Shown one piece after another: positions 9,516 to 20,733 of a stretch of 42,926 bases of DNA. The translations under genes and the position numbers were made by a program. The DNA lies in the NCBI GenBank assembly GCA_947588765.1, contig CANPZG010000005.1, forward strand, positions 1 to 42,926, given 5' to 3'. Position 1 is the stretch's first letter; each line of letters begins with the position of its first letter. The notes below the pieces were generated by a model. That model saw nothing but the letters and a program-made list of their open reading frames with translations. It searched no databases and was not told the DNA's origin. The stretch comes from an uncultured Bacilli bacterium. Lineage in GTDB: Bacteria > Bacillota_I > Bacilli_A > RF39 > UBA660.

Positions 9516-11990
9516 TTATTCATTTATTAATGTAGGATAACCATTTTCACCTAGTTTCCATTTGCTTAAAGTATAATCTTTTAATGATTCATCTATTTCT
9601 TCAAGATTTATTGATTTAATATTATTGTTTAATTCATCAACAAATGATTGAGATTTCATTTCATTTATTGACATAGATGTTCCAATACCTTCTATATTAC
9701 TTTCTAAAATATTTTCATCACTCAAATAGTATGTATTTTTTATATCATTTGTTGTCGTATCAGGATTAAAATAACCTATATTATATTTATTTGTAGCTAC
9801 ACCATCAATTTTTCCTAAAGAATATAAATTATTTAATTTATTTATATTATTTTCTGTACTTTGATTTTGTAATCCTCTAGCATTACTATATACTAAACCT
9901 GATACAAAACCATTATTACTTTGTAAATTTAAATTACCAATATTGTAACTATTTAATATAATGACATTACCACTATTAACATTTGATAATAAACCAGTCA
10001 TTAATGTAGAAGTATTATTATTGGCTTCCATATTCCCAGTATTAAAGCAATTTATTATTATGTCAATAGGATGCAAAAAAGCAAAACTATGAATAACACC
10101 TATTAAGCTTCCAATATAAGAAGCACCTGACCATATTTCACCTTCGACAAGAATATCACCACCATTATTGCATTTATCAATTATTATTCCGCTTTCCAAA
10201 GAACCAATTAAACCACCTACTTTAGTACCATTTACAATTTCACCAGAATTATAACTATTATTTATAAAACTAATTTCAGTTTGATTTGATAAAATACCTA
10301 TTAATCCACCAATTGACTCGCCAGTATCAAACCCACTTGGACTTATTTTCAAAGTATTACGGTCATTATTTGAATTATTTATAACAACTTTTTTAATAGC
10401 TTGGCCTATTAAACCACCTATAGTTGTACCATTTTCTCCGTTTGCAGTTATATTTCCAATATTATAGCTATCATTTATTTCTATATTTCCATCATTATAT
10501 CCCATAATACCCCCAACATAAGTAGCCGCTAAATTATTATTACTTGTTATTTCGCCTTTATTATGGCAATTTTTTATTATTATATTTCCTCGACCTAAAC
10601 CAATTAATCCACCAGCCTTTTCAGATAAACCAATTATTCTTCCATTATTATCAGTATTACTAATAATAGTACTGCAATTGCTTGAATTAAGGTAACCTAT
10701 AACTCCTCCTACATTGCCCTTATCATTTTTTATTGTACCAAAATTATTTGAATTATTAATAATTACTTGAGTAACCTTAGAGGCGATTGCTCCAATTAGC
10801 CCGCCTGTATATATTCCATTTGTTATGTCACCAAAATTTTGAATTTGTTCAATATTAATTGAATCACTTTGAACTGCTCCAACTATTCCACCCACAGAAT
10901 AATTAATTATATCTGATGTTATTGTTAAATGACTAGAAATATTATTAATATTAGTAACTCCACTTGTTTGACCAATCATTCCTATGTTAGAAGTTATGGT
11001 ACTATGTACAATTCCATAAATATTTAAATTTGATATTTTAGCAGATTTAATCGCTCCGAATAAACCAATACTATCGAGTGTACTATTATTTATATAGAGA
11101 TTGCTTATAATATGATTATCTCCATTAAAATCACCTTGAAATGGATTGGTATCTGTTCCTATTGGGGTAAAATTGCTTACTTCTTCCTCATGACTACCTA
11201 AATCTATGTCATCTGTTAAAACAAAGTATTTGCCTTCTTTGGTATCTCCATTGTTTACTTCTTCACTTAACTTTCTTAATCCTGCAGCATCATTTATGTC
11301 ATATAGTAATTTTTCTGCTGTGATTATTATCTTTCCTTTTAAACTTTTTCCCGTATTTAATTGTTGATTATATTCTAAATTCTTAAATGTTACTTTTACT
11401 TCCCATTCATCTGTTACATCACTTGTTGTTGTTATTTCTATTTTTTCTCCTATAGCATATAATCCATCGGCTTCGGTTATATCATATCCTCCATCTGTTG
11501 GAGTTAATCTTTTGGCTATTTTATATTCTGTTTCTCCCTTTTTTACACTTAATATTATTTCTGGTACTCCAGTATATCCTTCTAAGTTTTCTTTTTCTTT
11601 TGCTTCTTTTGTCATAAATATTAAGTTATCTGCTCCAACTTTTGTATAACTTGAATATTCCATTTCATTTTCTTCTATTAATAAATAGACATTATAATAT
11701 GCTGTTGCACTATTGCTTGAGTTATTGGCTATTAATCTTGCTCTGGCTACGGCTGTATCTGATAAATCATTTCCTCCATTTTTCAAATTTTCGGCTGTTA
11801 CATTTAAAACTATATCTCCTTCAGTTGAAAAGGTTAGATTATCAGTTGTACTAGTTGTAGCATTTATATCAAAGTTAGCTGCTGGACCAGTTTGTGCTTT
11901 AAAGAAGGCATATGTTGCTCCTGCTATCATACTTACTATTACTAATATTGCTATTATTAACAATGTTATTTCTTTTTTTCTATTTTTCAT
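9516..11990 (-). CDS. Large secreted protein: SipW-type signal, TasA-like N-domain and GLUG-repeat beta-helix
   Basis: GATYAFF; LTDDIDL..FTPIG...F.G.F.G.NH.ISNL; many N.G.I....GG[LI]IG repeats; terminal NGYP.L. Confidence 0.8.
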   Translation of the reverse strand: MKNRKKEITLLIIAILVIVSMIAGATYAFFKAQTGPAANFDINATTSTTDNLTFSTEGDIVLNVTAENLKNGGNDLSDTAVARARLIANNSSNSATAYYNVYLLIEENEMEYSSYTKVGADNLIFMTKEAKEKENLEGYTGVPEIILSVKKGETEYKIAKRLTPTDGGYDITEADGLYAIGEKIEITTTSDVTDEWEVKVTFKNLEYNQQLNTGKSLKGKIIITAEKLLYDINDAAGLRKLSEEVNNGDTKEGKYFVLTDDIDLGSHEEEVSNFTPIGTDTNPFQGDFNGDNHIISNLYINNSTLDSIGLFGAIKSAKISNLNIYGIVHSTITSNIGMIGQTSGVTNINNISSHLTITSDIINYSVGGIVGAVQSDSINIEQIQNFGDITNGIYTGGLIGAIASKVTQVIINNSNNFGTIKNDKGNVGGVIGYLNSSNCSTIISNTDNNGRIIGLSEKAGGLIGLGRGNIIIKNCHNKGEITSNNNLAATYVGGIMGYNDGNIEINDSYNIGNITANGENGTTIGGLIGQAIKKVVINNSNNDRNTLKISPSGFDTGESIGGLIGILSNQTEISFINNSYNSGEIVNGTKVGGLIGSLESGIIIDKCNNGGDILVEGEIWSGASYIGSLIGVIHSFAFLHPIDIIINCFNTGNMEANNNTSTLMTGLLSNVNSGNVIILNSYNIGNLNLQSNNGFVSGLVYSNARGLQNQSTENNINKLNNLYSLGKIDGVATNKYNIGYFNPDTTTNDIKNTYYLSDENILESNIEGIGTSMSINEMKSQSFVDELNNNIKSINLEEIDESLKDYTLSKWKLGENGYPTLINE

Positions 11991-12007
11991 GATTTATCAT
12001 CTCCAAC

Positions 12008-12115
12008 TGACATGTTATGTCTAGTTTAATTATAAAATATATGACATTTAATGTCAATCATAATATGACATCATATTTCGTGGTGATTTTTCTTTTAATA
12101 TGTCATTATATGTCT
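12008..12115. promoter_or_regulatory. Four palindromic operators TGACAT-N3-ATGTCA overlapping a sigmaA promoter
   Basis: Copies at 12008, 12042 (perfect), 12066 and 12101; minus-strand TTGACA(12057-12052)-17-TATAAT(12034-12029). Confidence 0.75.
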
Positions 12116-12117
12116 AG

Positions 12118-12318
12118 GTGAAAAGTATGATAAAAGAATATCGAATTAAAGAAGGTTTAACTCAAGAAGAATTAGCTGAAAAACTTGATATAACACCAAG
12201 ACAAGTCCAAAGAATCGAAAACAATCAAAGCAAACCTAGTTTAAAAACATTACAATTATTAATTAAAATTTTAAAAATTAAAGATGAAGACATTGTAAAA
12301 TTAATTAAATCTTTATAA
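12118..12318 (+). CDS. XRE-family HTH transcriptional regulator
   Basis: GLTQEELAEKLDIT...V.RIEN..SKPS. Confidence 0.92.
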   Translation: MKSMIKEYRIKEGLTQEELAEKLDITPRQVQRIENNQSKPSLKTLQLLIKILKIKDEDIVKLIKSL

Positions 12319-12347
12319 ATAAAAATTCTTTTTTTCAAAGAATTTTT

Positions 12348-13373
12348 TTATTTGATAAACATCGCATCACCAAAAGAAAAGAAACGATATTTTTTATTTA
12401 TAGCATATTCATAAGCTTTTAAAATATTTTCTTTACTACTTAAAGCTGATACTAACATTAAAAGCGTACTTTTTGGTAAATGGAAATTAGTAATTAAGCC
12501 ATCAATAGCTTTAAACTCAAATCCGGGATAAATGAAAATATCTGTATTACCACTGGTAGCTTTAAAAGTATTAAATTTATGCCTAACTGTTTCTAAAACT
12601 CTAGTTGATGTTGTACCTACTGCATATATTTTGCGTCCTTCTTTTTTAGCTTTATTTAATTTTTCGGCAGCATCTTTCGTTAAAATATAATATTCACTAT
12701 GCATTTTATGTTTAGTTATATCTTCAACTTCAACTGGTCTAAATGTACCTAAACCAACGTGTAAAGTTACATAGATAATTTCTACTCCCATGCTTTGAAT
12801 TTCTTGGAGTAGTTCTTGGGTAAAATGAAGACCGGCGGTAGGAGCAGCGGCTGAACCAACATTTTTGGCATATACTGTTTGGTATCTTGTTTGATCTTCT
12901 AACTTTTCATGAATATAAGGAGGTAATGGCATTGTTCCTAACTTATCAAGAATTTCTAAAAATATCCCTTGATAAATAAAATTAACTTCTACTAAACCTT
13001 CATCCTTTTTCTTAATAACTTCCGCTTTTAATAAACCATTACCAAAAGATATAATTGTACCAACATGTAATCTTTTAAATGGTCGAGATAAGCATTCCCA
13101 TGAGTCATTTTCAATATTTTTTAAAAGTAAAAGTTCAATTACGGCTTTGGTATCTTCTTTTTCCCCAATGAGTCTTGCCGGAATAACTTTAGTATCATTT
13201 AAAACTAAACAATCCCCTTCTTTTAAATAACTAGTAATATTTTTAAAGATATTTTCTTCTAAAGCACCAGTTACTTTATCCATAACTAAAAGACGCGAAT
13301 CACTGCGATTTTTTAAAGGACTTTGAGCTATTAATTCTTCGGGTAAATTATAATCATAGTCATTAATATTCAT
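12348..13373 (-). CDS. queA: SAM:tRNA ribosyltransferase-isomerase
   Basis: [24 protein letters not shown] and FFSFGDAM. Confidence 0.98.
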   Translation of the reverse strand: MNINDYDYNLPEELIAQSPLKNRSDSRLLVMDKVTGALEENIFKNITSYLKEGDCLVLNDTKVIPARLIGEKEDTKAVIELLLLKNIENDSWECLSRPFKRLHVGTIISFGNGLLKAEVIKKKDEGLVEVNFIYQGIFLEILDKLGTMPLPPYIHEKLEDQTRYQTVYAKNVGSAAAPTAGLHFTQELLQEIQSMGVEIIYVTLHVGLGTFRPVEVEDITKHKMHSEYYILTKDAAEKLNKAKKEGRKIYAVGTTSTRVLETVRHKFNTFKATSGNTDIFIYPGFEFKAIDGLITNFHLPKSTLLMLVSALSSKENILKAYEYAINKKYRFFSFGDAMFIK

Positions 13374-13377
13374 TATC

Positions 13378-14061
13378 TCACTTCTTCTCTAATATTTTTT
13401 TAACCCTAGTATATACTTCTTCATGAATTTCTTCAATACCTTTTATTCCACTTTCATTAAAACAATCTACTTTTTCAAAATTGTATAAATCACTTAATTC
13501 AAAATAAGTATCTTCAGCATTTCTTAATAAGTTTTCATCTCTTTCATTATCATCTAAAGCTTCTGTTCTATTTTTACCAAGAATTTTAGAATATTCATAT
13601 GGTAAATATAAGAATATGGTAGCATCTGGTTGAGGTAATTCCATAATATCATATTCTAAAGTAGCAATTTTTTTAAATATTTTTAATCTTTCTTCTTTAG
13701 TTTTAAGTTTACTTCCTTGAAAAGCCATATTTGATGTTGTATATCGATCTAAAATTATAATTTCACCAGCACTTAAATGTTTTAAAATTGTTGGTAGATG
13801 ATATCTTCTATCAGCAGCATAATAACAAGTTGAAACTAAAGCATCAACATTAGGAGCTCCTTCCGGAAACCAACTATTACAAATATATGATTTACCTAAA
13901 TAAGGGCCACCGACAATTCTACCTGTTGGTGTTTCGTATTGAGGAAAACTAAATTCAAATACTTTGTGTCCTTCTTTTTCTAATCTTTCTTTAAGTTTTT
14001 TGGCTTGAGTTTCTTTCCCACTACAATCTGTTCCTTCAATAACAATTATTTTTCCTTGCAT
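13378..14061 (-). CDS. tmk: Thymidylate kinase
   Basis: [13 protein letters not shown]-loop and ILDRY. Confidence 0.9.
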   Translation of the reverse strand: MQGKIIVIEGTDCSGKETQAKKLKERLEKEGHKVFEFSFPQYETPTGRIVGGPYLGKSYICNSWFPEGAPNVDALVSTCYYAADRRYHLPTILKHLSAGEIIILDRYTTSNMAFQGSKLKTKEERLKIFKKIATLEYDIMELPQPDATIFLYLPYEYSKILGKNRTEALDDNERDENLLRNAEDTYFELSDLYNFEKVDCFNESGIKGIEEIHEEVYTRVKKILEKK

Positions 14062-14072
14062 TTAAAACCTCC

Positions 14073-15500
14073 CTAATTATTAATTTCTGCTTTTAAATTA
14101 GCTAAAATAGTATTTATTCTACCACATGATTCTTTTCCTTCTCCACATATATGTTTAGTAACACAATCTGGGCCTAAATTAGCTGAATAATAAGTACTTA
14201 TTTTATTTATTTCTTGATGCATTTTCGTTACATTTTCTCTAATACACCATTGAGCTTTAGTACATTCCCTTAAACGACAAATCCAGCGGAATGCTTCACC
14301 ATCAAAATTTATTACAACATTTATCATATTACCACTTAAAATAAAGTATACTAAATCTTCATCTCTAATTCCTAAAGCTTTAAATTCATCATAAACTTTC
14401 TTATTTTCTTGATATAAGTTTTCAAATAATTCTTTTAATTTAGAATCATTTTTAATAGCTGGAGGAATTAAATATTTTGTTAAATCTTTAATTGGAGCAA
14501 ATTTAGGAAGTGATAATGATAACCGACGATGGCGAGTATAATGCGTTAAAATAGCATAAGGTACACTAAAATTAAAACGCATATTTATTTGTTTTAAATC
14601 ATCGTGGTTTGGTTCCTTAAATATTTCTTTCATTAATTTAGCTTGAAGTTCAGCATCATTCTTAATATTTTCTTCATATATTTTTAAAGCTTCAGCATTT
14701 GTCAAAGAAAATTCTCGCATAATAGCATTTAAAAATATTGTTTTATCTATATCAGGAGTTGCACTTAATAAAACTGGTTTATCGAGTATTTCATAAGTTT
14801 TATTAGAAACGATTCTTTCTAATATTTTATTGGAAAACTCTATAGTTTCATCTTTATCAATTAATGTTTCAATATAAGGGGCTCTAGTTTTAGCGATTTC
14901 ATATAGTTTATTCCCTAAAAGTTTAAGTTCATCTATTTTACTTAAATCTGACTTAGTTAAATAATTAATCATTCGGGCTAAACTAGTGCCATCAAGTCCC
15001 ATGATAATTTCTCCATGAAAAGAATATGGTAAAATAAATCTCGCATCTTCTTTTTTTATACCAGCATCAACAAAGATGCTATAACTAGCAAATAATTTTT
15101 GCATATGTTCACAATATTTTTTTTGAAGTTCTTTGTTATTTGCTAAAACATTACCATTTTTATCATGAAAATCTGGAATGCAATAATCAACTTTACTAAA
15201 ATCAACTTCCCGACGAGATTTTACCGTAAAAGAGGCAAAACGTTCTTCAATTAATGTTTGTTCTACTATTGGGGATACGCCACTTAAAGCAAATACCATA
15301 TAATCATGATCAATAGTTGAAGTATGTCCCATACCTATTACTCTATTTACAAATTTTAAAGCTTTGTCATAATCATTCATGCTATCTATAGCATCAAAAA
15401 CTGTTCCTTGCATTCGCGATAGTTTTCCAGCAGAAGCACATATTTCAACTTGTTTTTCAAAATATTCTTGGCTAGTTAAACCTAATAATTTTACTTCCAT
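14073..15500 (-). CDS. thyX: FAD-dependent thymidylate synthase with tandem ThyX domains
   Basis: GH.S..DH, ASFTVKSRR and EDARFILP in domain 1; RHRRLS, LR...AQW.IR and GP.C in domain 2. Confidence 0.88.
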   Translation of the reverse strand: MEVKLLGLTSQEYFEKQVEICASAGKLSRMQGTVFDAIDSMNDYDKALKFVNRVIGMGHTSTIDHDYMVFALSGVSPIVEQTLIEERFASFTVKSRREVDFSKVDYCIPDFHDKNGNVLANNKELQKKYCEHMQKLFASYSIFVDAGIKKEDARFILPYSFHGEIIMGLDGTSLARMINYLTKSDLSKIDELKLLGNKLYEIAKTRAPYIETLIDKDETIEFSNKILERIVSNKTYEILDKPVLLSATPDIDKTIFLNAIMREFSLTNAEALKIYEENIKNDAELQAKLMKEIFKEPNHDDLKQINMRFNFSVPYAILTHYTRHRRLSLSLPKFAPIKDLTKYLIPPAIKNDSKLKELFENLYQENKKVYDEFKALGIRDEDLVYFILSGNMINVVINFDGEAFRWICRLRECTKAQWCIRENVTKMHQEINKISTYYSANLGPDCVTKHICGEGKESCGRINTILANLKAEINN

Positions 15501-15508
15501 ATTTACAC

Positions 15509-16732
15509 CTAATAATTTAAGGGAAAGTTTTTAGTCAATTTCAAGACTTCATTACTTAACTCATTTAATACAGCTTCATCATTAGCGTTTTTTAAAGCTT
15601 TAGCAATAATTTTACCAACTTTTATAAATTCTTCTTCTTTAAAACCACGTGTTGTCATCGCAGGACTACCTAATCTTAAACCACTAGTAATAAATGGTTT
15701 TTCACTATCATTAGGAATAGTATTTTTATTTACCGTAATATGAATTTTATCTAATAATTTTTCGGCCTCTTTACCAGTAAGATTCGTAGATGATTTAACA
15801 TCAACTAACATTAAATGATTATCAGTTCCACCCGAAATTATTCTAAAACCTTCTTCTTGTAAAGATTTAGCAAGGGCTTGAGCATTTTTGATAACTTGTT
15901 CTTGATAGGTTTTAAATTCTGGTTGTAAAGCTTCATAAAAAGCTTGAGCCTTAGCCCCAATGACATGCATTAAAGGTCCACCTTGAATACCAGGAAAGAC
16001 AATTTTATCTATTTTTTGAGCGATTTCTTCATTATTAGTTAAGATGATACCACCCCGTGGTCCTCTTAAAGTTTTATGCGTAGTTGATGTTACCACATCA
16101 GCATAAGGAATTGGAGATGGATGTAAGCCAGTAGCAATCAAACCAGCAATATGAGCCATATCTACCATTAAATAAGCTCCTATTTCATCACAAATTTCTC
16201 TAAACTTTTTGAAATCAATGATTCTTGAATAAGCACTAGCCCCAGCAATAATCATTTTTGGTTTTTCGATTAAAGCTTTTTCTCTTAAAGCCTCATAATC
16301 AATAACTTCTGTTTCAGGATTAACATCATAATCAACTATTTCATAGTCTTGACCACTAAAAGATAAAGGATGACCATGAGTTAAATGTCCCCCATTGGAT
16401 AAATTCATTCCCATTACTTTATCCCCATGATTAAGTAATGCCCGATAGACAGCCATATTTGCACTAGAACCAGAATGAGGTTGTACGTTAACAAATTTAG
16501 CTCCAAATAATTTTTTTAAATATTCTCGCGCTTGTTCTTCAAAAATATCAATATTTTCACAACCACCATAGTATCTTTTACCCGGATACCCTTCGGCATA
16601 TTTATTAGTTAAAATACTACCTTGTAATTTTAAAACATCATTCGAAACATAATTTTCACTAGCAATAAGTTCGATATTTTGTTCTTGTCGAATCCTTTCT
16701 TTTTTTAAAGCATCTTCTAAAATCTTATCCAT
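15509..16732 (-). CDS. glyA: Serine hydroxymethyltransferase (likely start 16732)
   Basis: [21 protein letters not shown] and [12 protein letters not shown]; SD GGAGG. Confidence 0.98.
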   Translation of the reverse strand: MDKILEDALKKERIRQEQNIELIASENYVSNDVLKLQGSILTNKYAEGYPGKRYYGGCENIDIFEEQAREYLKKLFGAKFVNVQPHSGSSANMAVYRALLNHGDKVMGMNLSNGGHLTHGHPLSFSGQDYEIVDYDVNPETEVIDYEALREKALIEKPKMIIAGASAYSRIIDFKKFREICDEIGAYLMVDMAHIAGLIATGLHPSPIPYADVVTSTTHKTLRGPRGGIILTNNEEIAQKIDKIVFPGIQGGPLMHVIGAKAQAFYEALQPEFKTYQEQVIKNAQALAKSLQEEGFRIISGGTDNHLMLVDVKSSTNLTGKEAEKLLDKIHITVNKNTIPNDSEKPFITSGLRLGSPAMTTRGFKEEEFIKVGKIIAKALKNANDEAVLNELSNEVLKLTKNFPLNY

Positions 16733-16736
16733 TTTT

Positions 16737-17228
16737 TTACCTCCTCCATTTTTGAACTTGATTTTCACCTATATTTCTTTTTAATATACTTAATCCTTCT
16801 TCGTGATATTTTTTCTTACTACTACCACATAAATCTTCTAAAACAATGGGTCTAATACCCATTTCAAATAAATCAAAAGCTGTCTTTAGCACACAACAAT
16901 CAGTAGAGATACCAATTAAATAAATAGTATCTATATTTTTACTAGTAATTAGCATCTTTACTTCATCAGTAACTGATGTGTAATTATTTTTATCAAAAAT
17001 ATAATCAGCATATTCTGCGATGCCGGGAATTAAATCAGTATCTGGGGCAGTTTTCATTTGATGATAGTCGTCCCATTCCTCTACGGGTCCTCCATTATTT
17101 ATATATTTAGTTACAATAATAGGACCATTATGATAACTTTTGATAAATTCTCTAGCTGGTTCAATTATATAATCATTTTCTTTCGTGATAAAACCATTTT
17201 GAATATCAATAACCATTAAAGCTTCCAT
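16737..17228 (-). CDS. Isochorismatase-family cysteine hydrolase
   Basis: [15 protein letters not shown] and G.STDCCV. Confidence 0.9.
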   Translation of the reverse strand: MEALMVIDIQNGFITKENDYIIEPAREFIKSYHNGPIIVTKYINNGGPVEEWDDYHQMKTAPDTDLIPGIAEYADYIFDKNNYTSVTDEVKMLITSKNIDTIYLIGISTDCCVLKTAFDLFEMGIRPIVLEDLCGSSKKKYHEEGLSILKRNIGENQVQKWRR

Positions 17229-18061
17229 TATTTATCCTCCACTAAAGAAATTAAATTACTAAGAAGCATAATAATAGTCATGGGACCAACACCACCAGGA
17301 ACTGGACTAATTGCTTTTGCTTTATTTTTAACATTATCAAAATCAACATCACCATATAAATGATTATCTACTCGATTTATCCCAACATCAATAACTACAG
17401 CATCATCTTTTACATAATCTTCTGTAATAAAATGTTTCTTGCCTATAGCGACAATTAAAATATCGGCTGTTTTGGTTATTTCTTTTAAATTAACTGTCTT
17501 ACTATGAGCTATAGTTACAGTAGCATCGCGATTAAGTAAGGCTAAGGCAAGTGGTCTACCCACAATATTACTGCGACCTACAATTACCACATTTTTACCA
17601 GCAACATCAATATTTTCTAGTTCTAAAAGTTTAATTATACCTTTAGGTGTAGCTGCTAAAATATGTTCATCATTACTAGCAACTAATCCTAAATTAACTG
17701 TACTAAATCCATCAACATCTTTTTTAGGACTAATTAAATTCATTAATTTTTTTTCATCTAAATTAGGCACGGGACTTTGTAACAATATGCCATGAACCTT
17801 TTCATCATTATTAAATTTCTTAATAAGATCAATTACTTTTTGTTCTTCACCATCAGCAGGTAATCTTTTCACCATAGCTTTAATACCAATTTCTGTGCAC
17901 TTTTTTTCTTTATTGCGCACATAAATTTCACTACTAGGATTATCTCCAATTAAAATTATAGCTAAAGTAGGAAATATGCTTTTTTTATTTAAATTTTGAA
18001 CTTTTAATTTTAATTCTTCGGCTATTTTATTAGCCCAAAATTTTCCATCTATAATATGCAT
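17228..18061 (-). CDS. folD: Methylenetetrahydrofolate dehydrogenase/cyclohydrolase
   Basis: KDVDG, GRSNIVGRP and PVPGGVGPMT. Confidence 0.97.
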   Translation of the reverse strand: MHIIDGKFWANKIAEELKLKVQNLNKKSIFPTLAIILIGDNPSSEIYVRNKEKKCTEIGIKAMVKRLPADGEEQKVIDLIKKFNNDEKVHGILLQSPVPNLDEKKLMNLISPKKDVDGFSTVNLGLVASNDEHILAATPKGIIKLLELENIDVAGKNVVIVGRSNIVGRPLALALLNRDATVTIAHSKTVNLKEITKTADILIVAIGKKHFITEDYVKDDAVVIDVGINRVDNHLYGDVDFDNVKNKAKAISPVPGGVGPMTIIMLLSNLISLVEDK

Positions 18062-18073
18062 GTTTTTCCTCCT

Positions 18074-19078
18074 TTAAAATAATGAACCTTGATTAACAAT
18101 TTTCAAATGTTTATAAGCTTTTTCCGTTGCTACCCTACCTCGAGCTGTTCTTTTAATAAATCCCTCTTGTAATAAAAATGGTTCAACGATATCTTCAATG
18201 GTGGTAACCTCTTCGCCAATTGCTGTAGCTATTGTTTCAATACCCACAGGGCCACCATTAAATTTCATAATTAAAGCATTTAGATAATCAATATCAATAT
18301 TATCTAAGCCATATTTATCAACTTTTAACCGATCTAAAGACTTTAAAGTGATATCTAAATTAATATAACCATCGCCTTCAACTAAGGCAAAATCTCGAAC
18401 TCTTTTAAATAATCTATTTGCTATTCTTGGTGTTTTACGACTTCTTTTTGCTAATTCCAAAGCGGCATCATCATCAATATGCATACTTAAAACATTACTA
18501 GTTCTTTTAACTATATCTTTTAATTCATCATCAGTATAAAACTCCAATTTATTAACAATACCAAATCGATCTCGTAAAGGGCTCGATAAATCCCCAGCTC
18601 TTGTTGTCGCCCCAACCAATGTAAAAGGCGGTAAATCTATTTTAATACTCTTACTCTTTCCTTCATTACCAATAATAATATCCATTTCAAAATCTTCCAT
18701 CGCCGGATATAATATTTCTTCAATATAAGAAGGAATTCGGTGAATTTCATCAATAAATAGAACATCCCCTGGTTCTAAAGTCGATAGAATTGCTGCTAAA
18801 TCACCACTTTTTTCAATAGCTGGTCCTGAGGCAGTCCTAATATTACTGCCTAATTCATTAGCAATAATATGAGCTAAAGTAGTTTTACCTAATCCTGGAG
18901 GACCATATAATAACACATGATCTAATGGTTCATTACGCATTTTAGCAGCCTCAATAAAAACTTTTAGATTTTCTTTGATTTGTTGTTGCCCAACGTATTC
19001 TTCTAAATTTTGGGGTCTAATACTTTTTTCAAAAACATCTTCTTCTTTTTCATTAGAATCTATTATTCTATCGTTCAT
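18074..19078 (-). CDS. ruvB: Holliday junction branch migration helicase RuvB
   Basis: [16 protein letters not shown] and LRDRFG. Confidence 0.98.
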   Translation of the reverse strand: MNDRIIDSNEKEEDVFEKSIRPQNLEEYVGQQQIKENLKVFIEAAKMRNEPLDHVLLYGPPGLGKTTLAHIIANELGSNIRTASGPAIEKSGDLAAILSTLEPGDVLFIDEIHRIPSYIEEILYPAMEDFEMDIIIGNEGKSKSIKIDLPPFTLVGATTRAGDLSSPLRDRFGIVNKLEFYTDDELKDIVKRTSNVLSMHIDDDAALELAKRSRKTPRIANRLFKRVRDFALVEGDGYINLDITLKSLDRLKVDKYGLDNIDIDYLNALIMKFNGGPVGIETIATAIGEEVTTIEDIVEPFLLQEGFIKRTARGRVATEKAYKHLKIVNQGSLF

Positions 19079-19205
19079 ACGTTCACCTTCTTCTATAAAT
19101 TATTATACTATACCCTTAAGAATTTTTAAAGGAATTTTAAAAAAATTTGACATATTAATAACCTATTTTATATAATTAACATAAGAAGCGAAAGGAGGTA
19201 AATAA

Positions 19206-19634
19206 ATGAACGATTTAATTCTTGAATCATTAGTAACTTTTATTAAAACTTATGCTGTAGCTTTTTTCTCAATTTCATTTGTAGTTTTAGTTCTTCAAAT
19301 AGTTGCAATGTGGAAATTATTCAAAAAAGCTGGTGAACCTGGATGGAAAGCAATAATTCCTATTTATAATAATTATGTATATTACAAAATTTCTGGTGTT
19401 CCTTCCCTATTTTGGATTTTAATTGTTGTATCAGTATTATCTGCTGTACCAAATGATATTGTTGTTTATATTTCTTTAATATTAACAATATGCATTGTAG
19501 TTTATCAAACTCATTCATTATCTAAAGCATTTGGACATGGTGTTGGTTATACTCTAGGGTTATTATTCTTAAATCTAATATTTGTATTTATCCTAGGATT
19601 TGGTTCATCTGAATACAAACTAGAAAAGAAATAA
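19206..19634 (+). CDS. DUF5684-like membrane protein
   Basis: WKLFKKAGEPGWKAIIPIYN and LSKAFG.G.GYTLGL. Confidence 0.85.
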   Translation: MNDLILESLVTFIKTYAVAFFSISFVVLVLQIVAMWKLFKKAGEPGWKAIIPIYNNYVYYKISGVPSLFWILIVVSVLSAVPNDIVVYISLILTICIVVYQTHSLSKAFGHGVGYTLGLLFLNLIFVFILGFGSSEYKLEKK

Positions 19635-19730
19635 AGTGGTTTTAAATAAACCATTTTTTATTGGAAAAAATTACCAACTACCATTTATTGTAATTGTATA
19701 AAATCCTATTTTGAGTATCATAAATAATGG

Positions 19731-20708
19731 GTGAGAAATGTGAAAAAATTATTAATGTTTTTTATTTTAATTCTTTTACCATTTAATGTTTTAGCCTACT
19801 CAAATTTTATTGTTCCGGGAGGCGAGACTTTAGGAATTGAAGTAAATAGTAAAGGCATTATGGTAATCGGATTTTATCAAATAAATGGTAAATATAATAA
19901 AGGGACACCAAATATTAAACCGGGAGATTATATTACCAAAATAAATGGAACAGCTGTTAATAATATTAAAGAATTAACAGCCATAATTGAAAAAAATGTT
20001 AATAACAAAGAAGTTGAAATAACTTATTTACGTAATAATAATGAAAAAACATCTACGCTATCATTAATTGAAGATGATGGCTTATATAAAACTGGTCTTT
20101 ATGTAAAAGATAATATCACGGGTATTGGAACTTTAACTTATATTGATCCTAATAGTTTAATCTATGGCGCTTTAGGTCATGAAATAGTTGAAGGTAATAC
20201 CAATAGTATTGTGGAAATTAAAAGTGGCAGTATTTTTCGTAATTCGATAACTAGTATTGATAAAAGTACTAATGGTATCGCAGGAAGTAAAAATGCCAAA
20301 TTCTACTACAATACAAAATATGGAACTATAAATAAAAATACCAAATATGGTATATATGGTAATTATACAAATAATTTACCTAATAAAAAATTGATGGAAG
20401 TAGCTCAACCAAATGAATTAAAGGTTGGTAAAGCTAAAATATATACCGTTTTAAAAGATGAAACTATCAGTGATTATGATATCGAAATAACAGCCATAAA
20501 TGAAAATGCTAATATCAAAAATATTTCTTTTGTTTTGGATGATGCCGAACTTATTGATAAAACTGGAGGAATTGTGCAAGGAATGAGTGGTTCACCAATA
20601 ATTCAAAATAATAAAATTGTTGGTGCTGTAACGCACGTCATAGTTGATAATCCTTTAACTGGTTATGGCATATTTATTACCACTATGCTAGAAGAAGGAG
20701 AAAAATAA
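19731..20708 (+). CDS. spoIVB: SpoIVB serine peptidase (PDZ + S55)
   Basis: GIGTLTYIDP, GALGH and GGIVQGMSGSPIIQ; sigmaG-like GTATA-18-CATAAATA upstream. Confidence 0.95.
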   Translation: MRNVKKLLMFFILILLPFNVLAYSNFIVPGGETLGIEVNSKGIMVIGFYQINGKYNKGTPNIKPGDYITKINGTAVNNIKELTAIIEKNVNNKEVEITYLRNNNEKTSTLSLIEDDGLYKTGLYVKDNITGIGTLTYIDPNSLIYGALGHEIVEGNTNSIVEIKSGSIFRNSITSIDKSTNGIAGSKNAKFYYNTKYGTINKNTKYGIYGNYTNNLPNKKLMEVAQPNELKVGKAKIYTVLKDETISDYDIEITAINENANIKNISFVLDDAELIDKTGGIVQGMSGSPIIQNNKIVGAVTHVIVDNPLTGYGIFITTMLEEGEK

Positions 20709-20730
20709 AAATGCCTTTCGGCATTTTTTT
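20706..20730. terminator. Bidirectional intrinsic terminator
   Basis: AAAAATGCC-TTTC-GGCATTTTTTT between convergent genes. Confidence 0.8.
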
Positions 20731-20733
20731 AGT

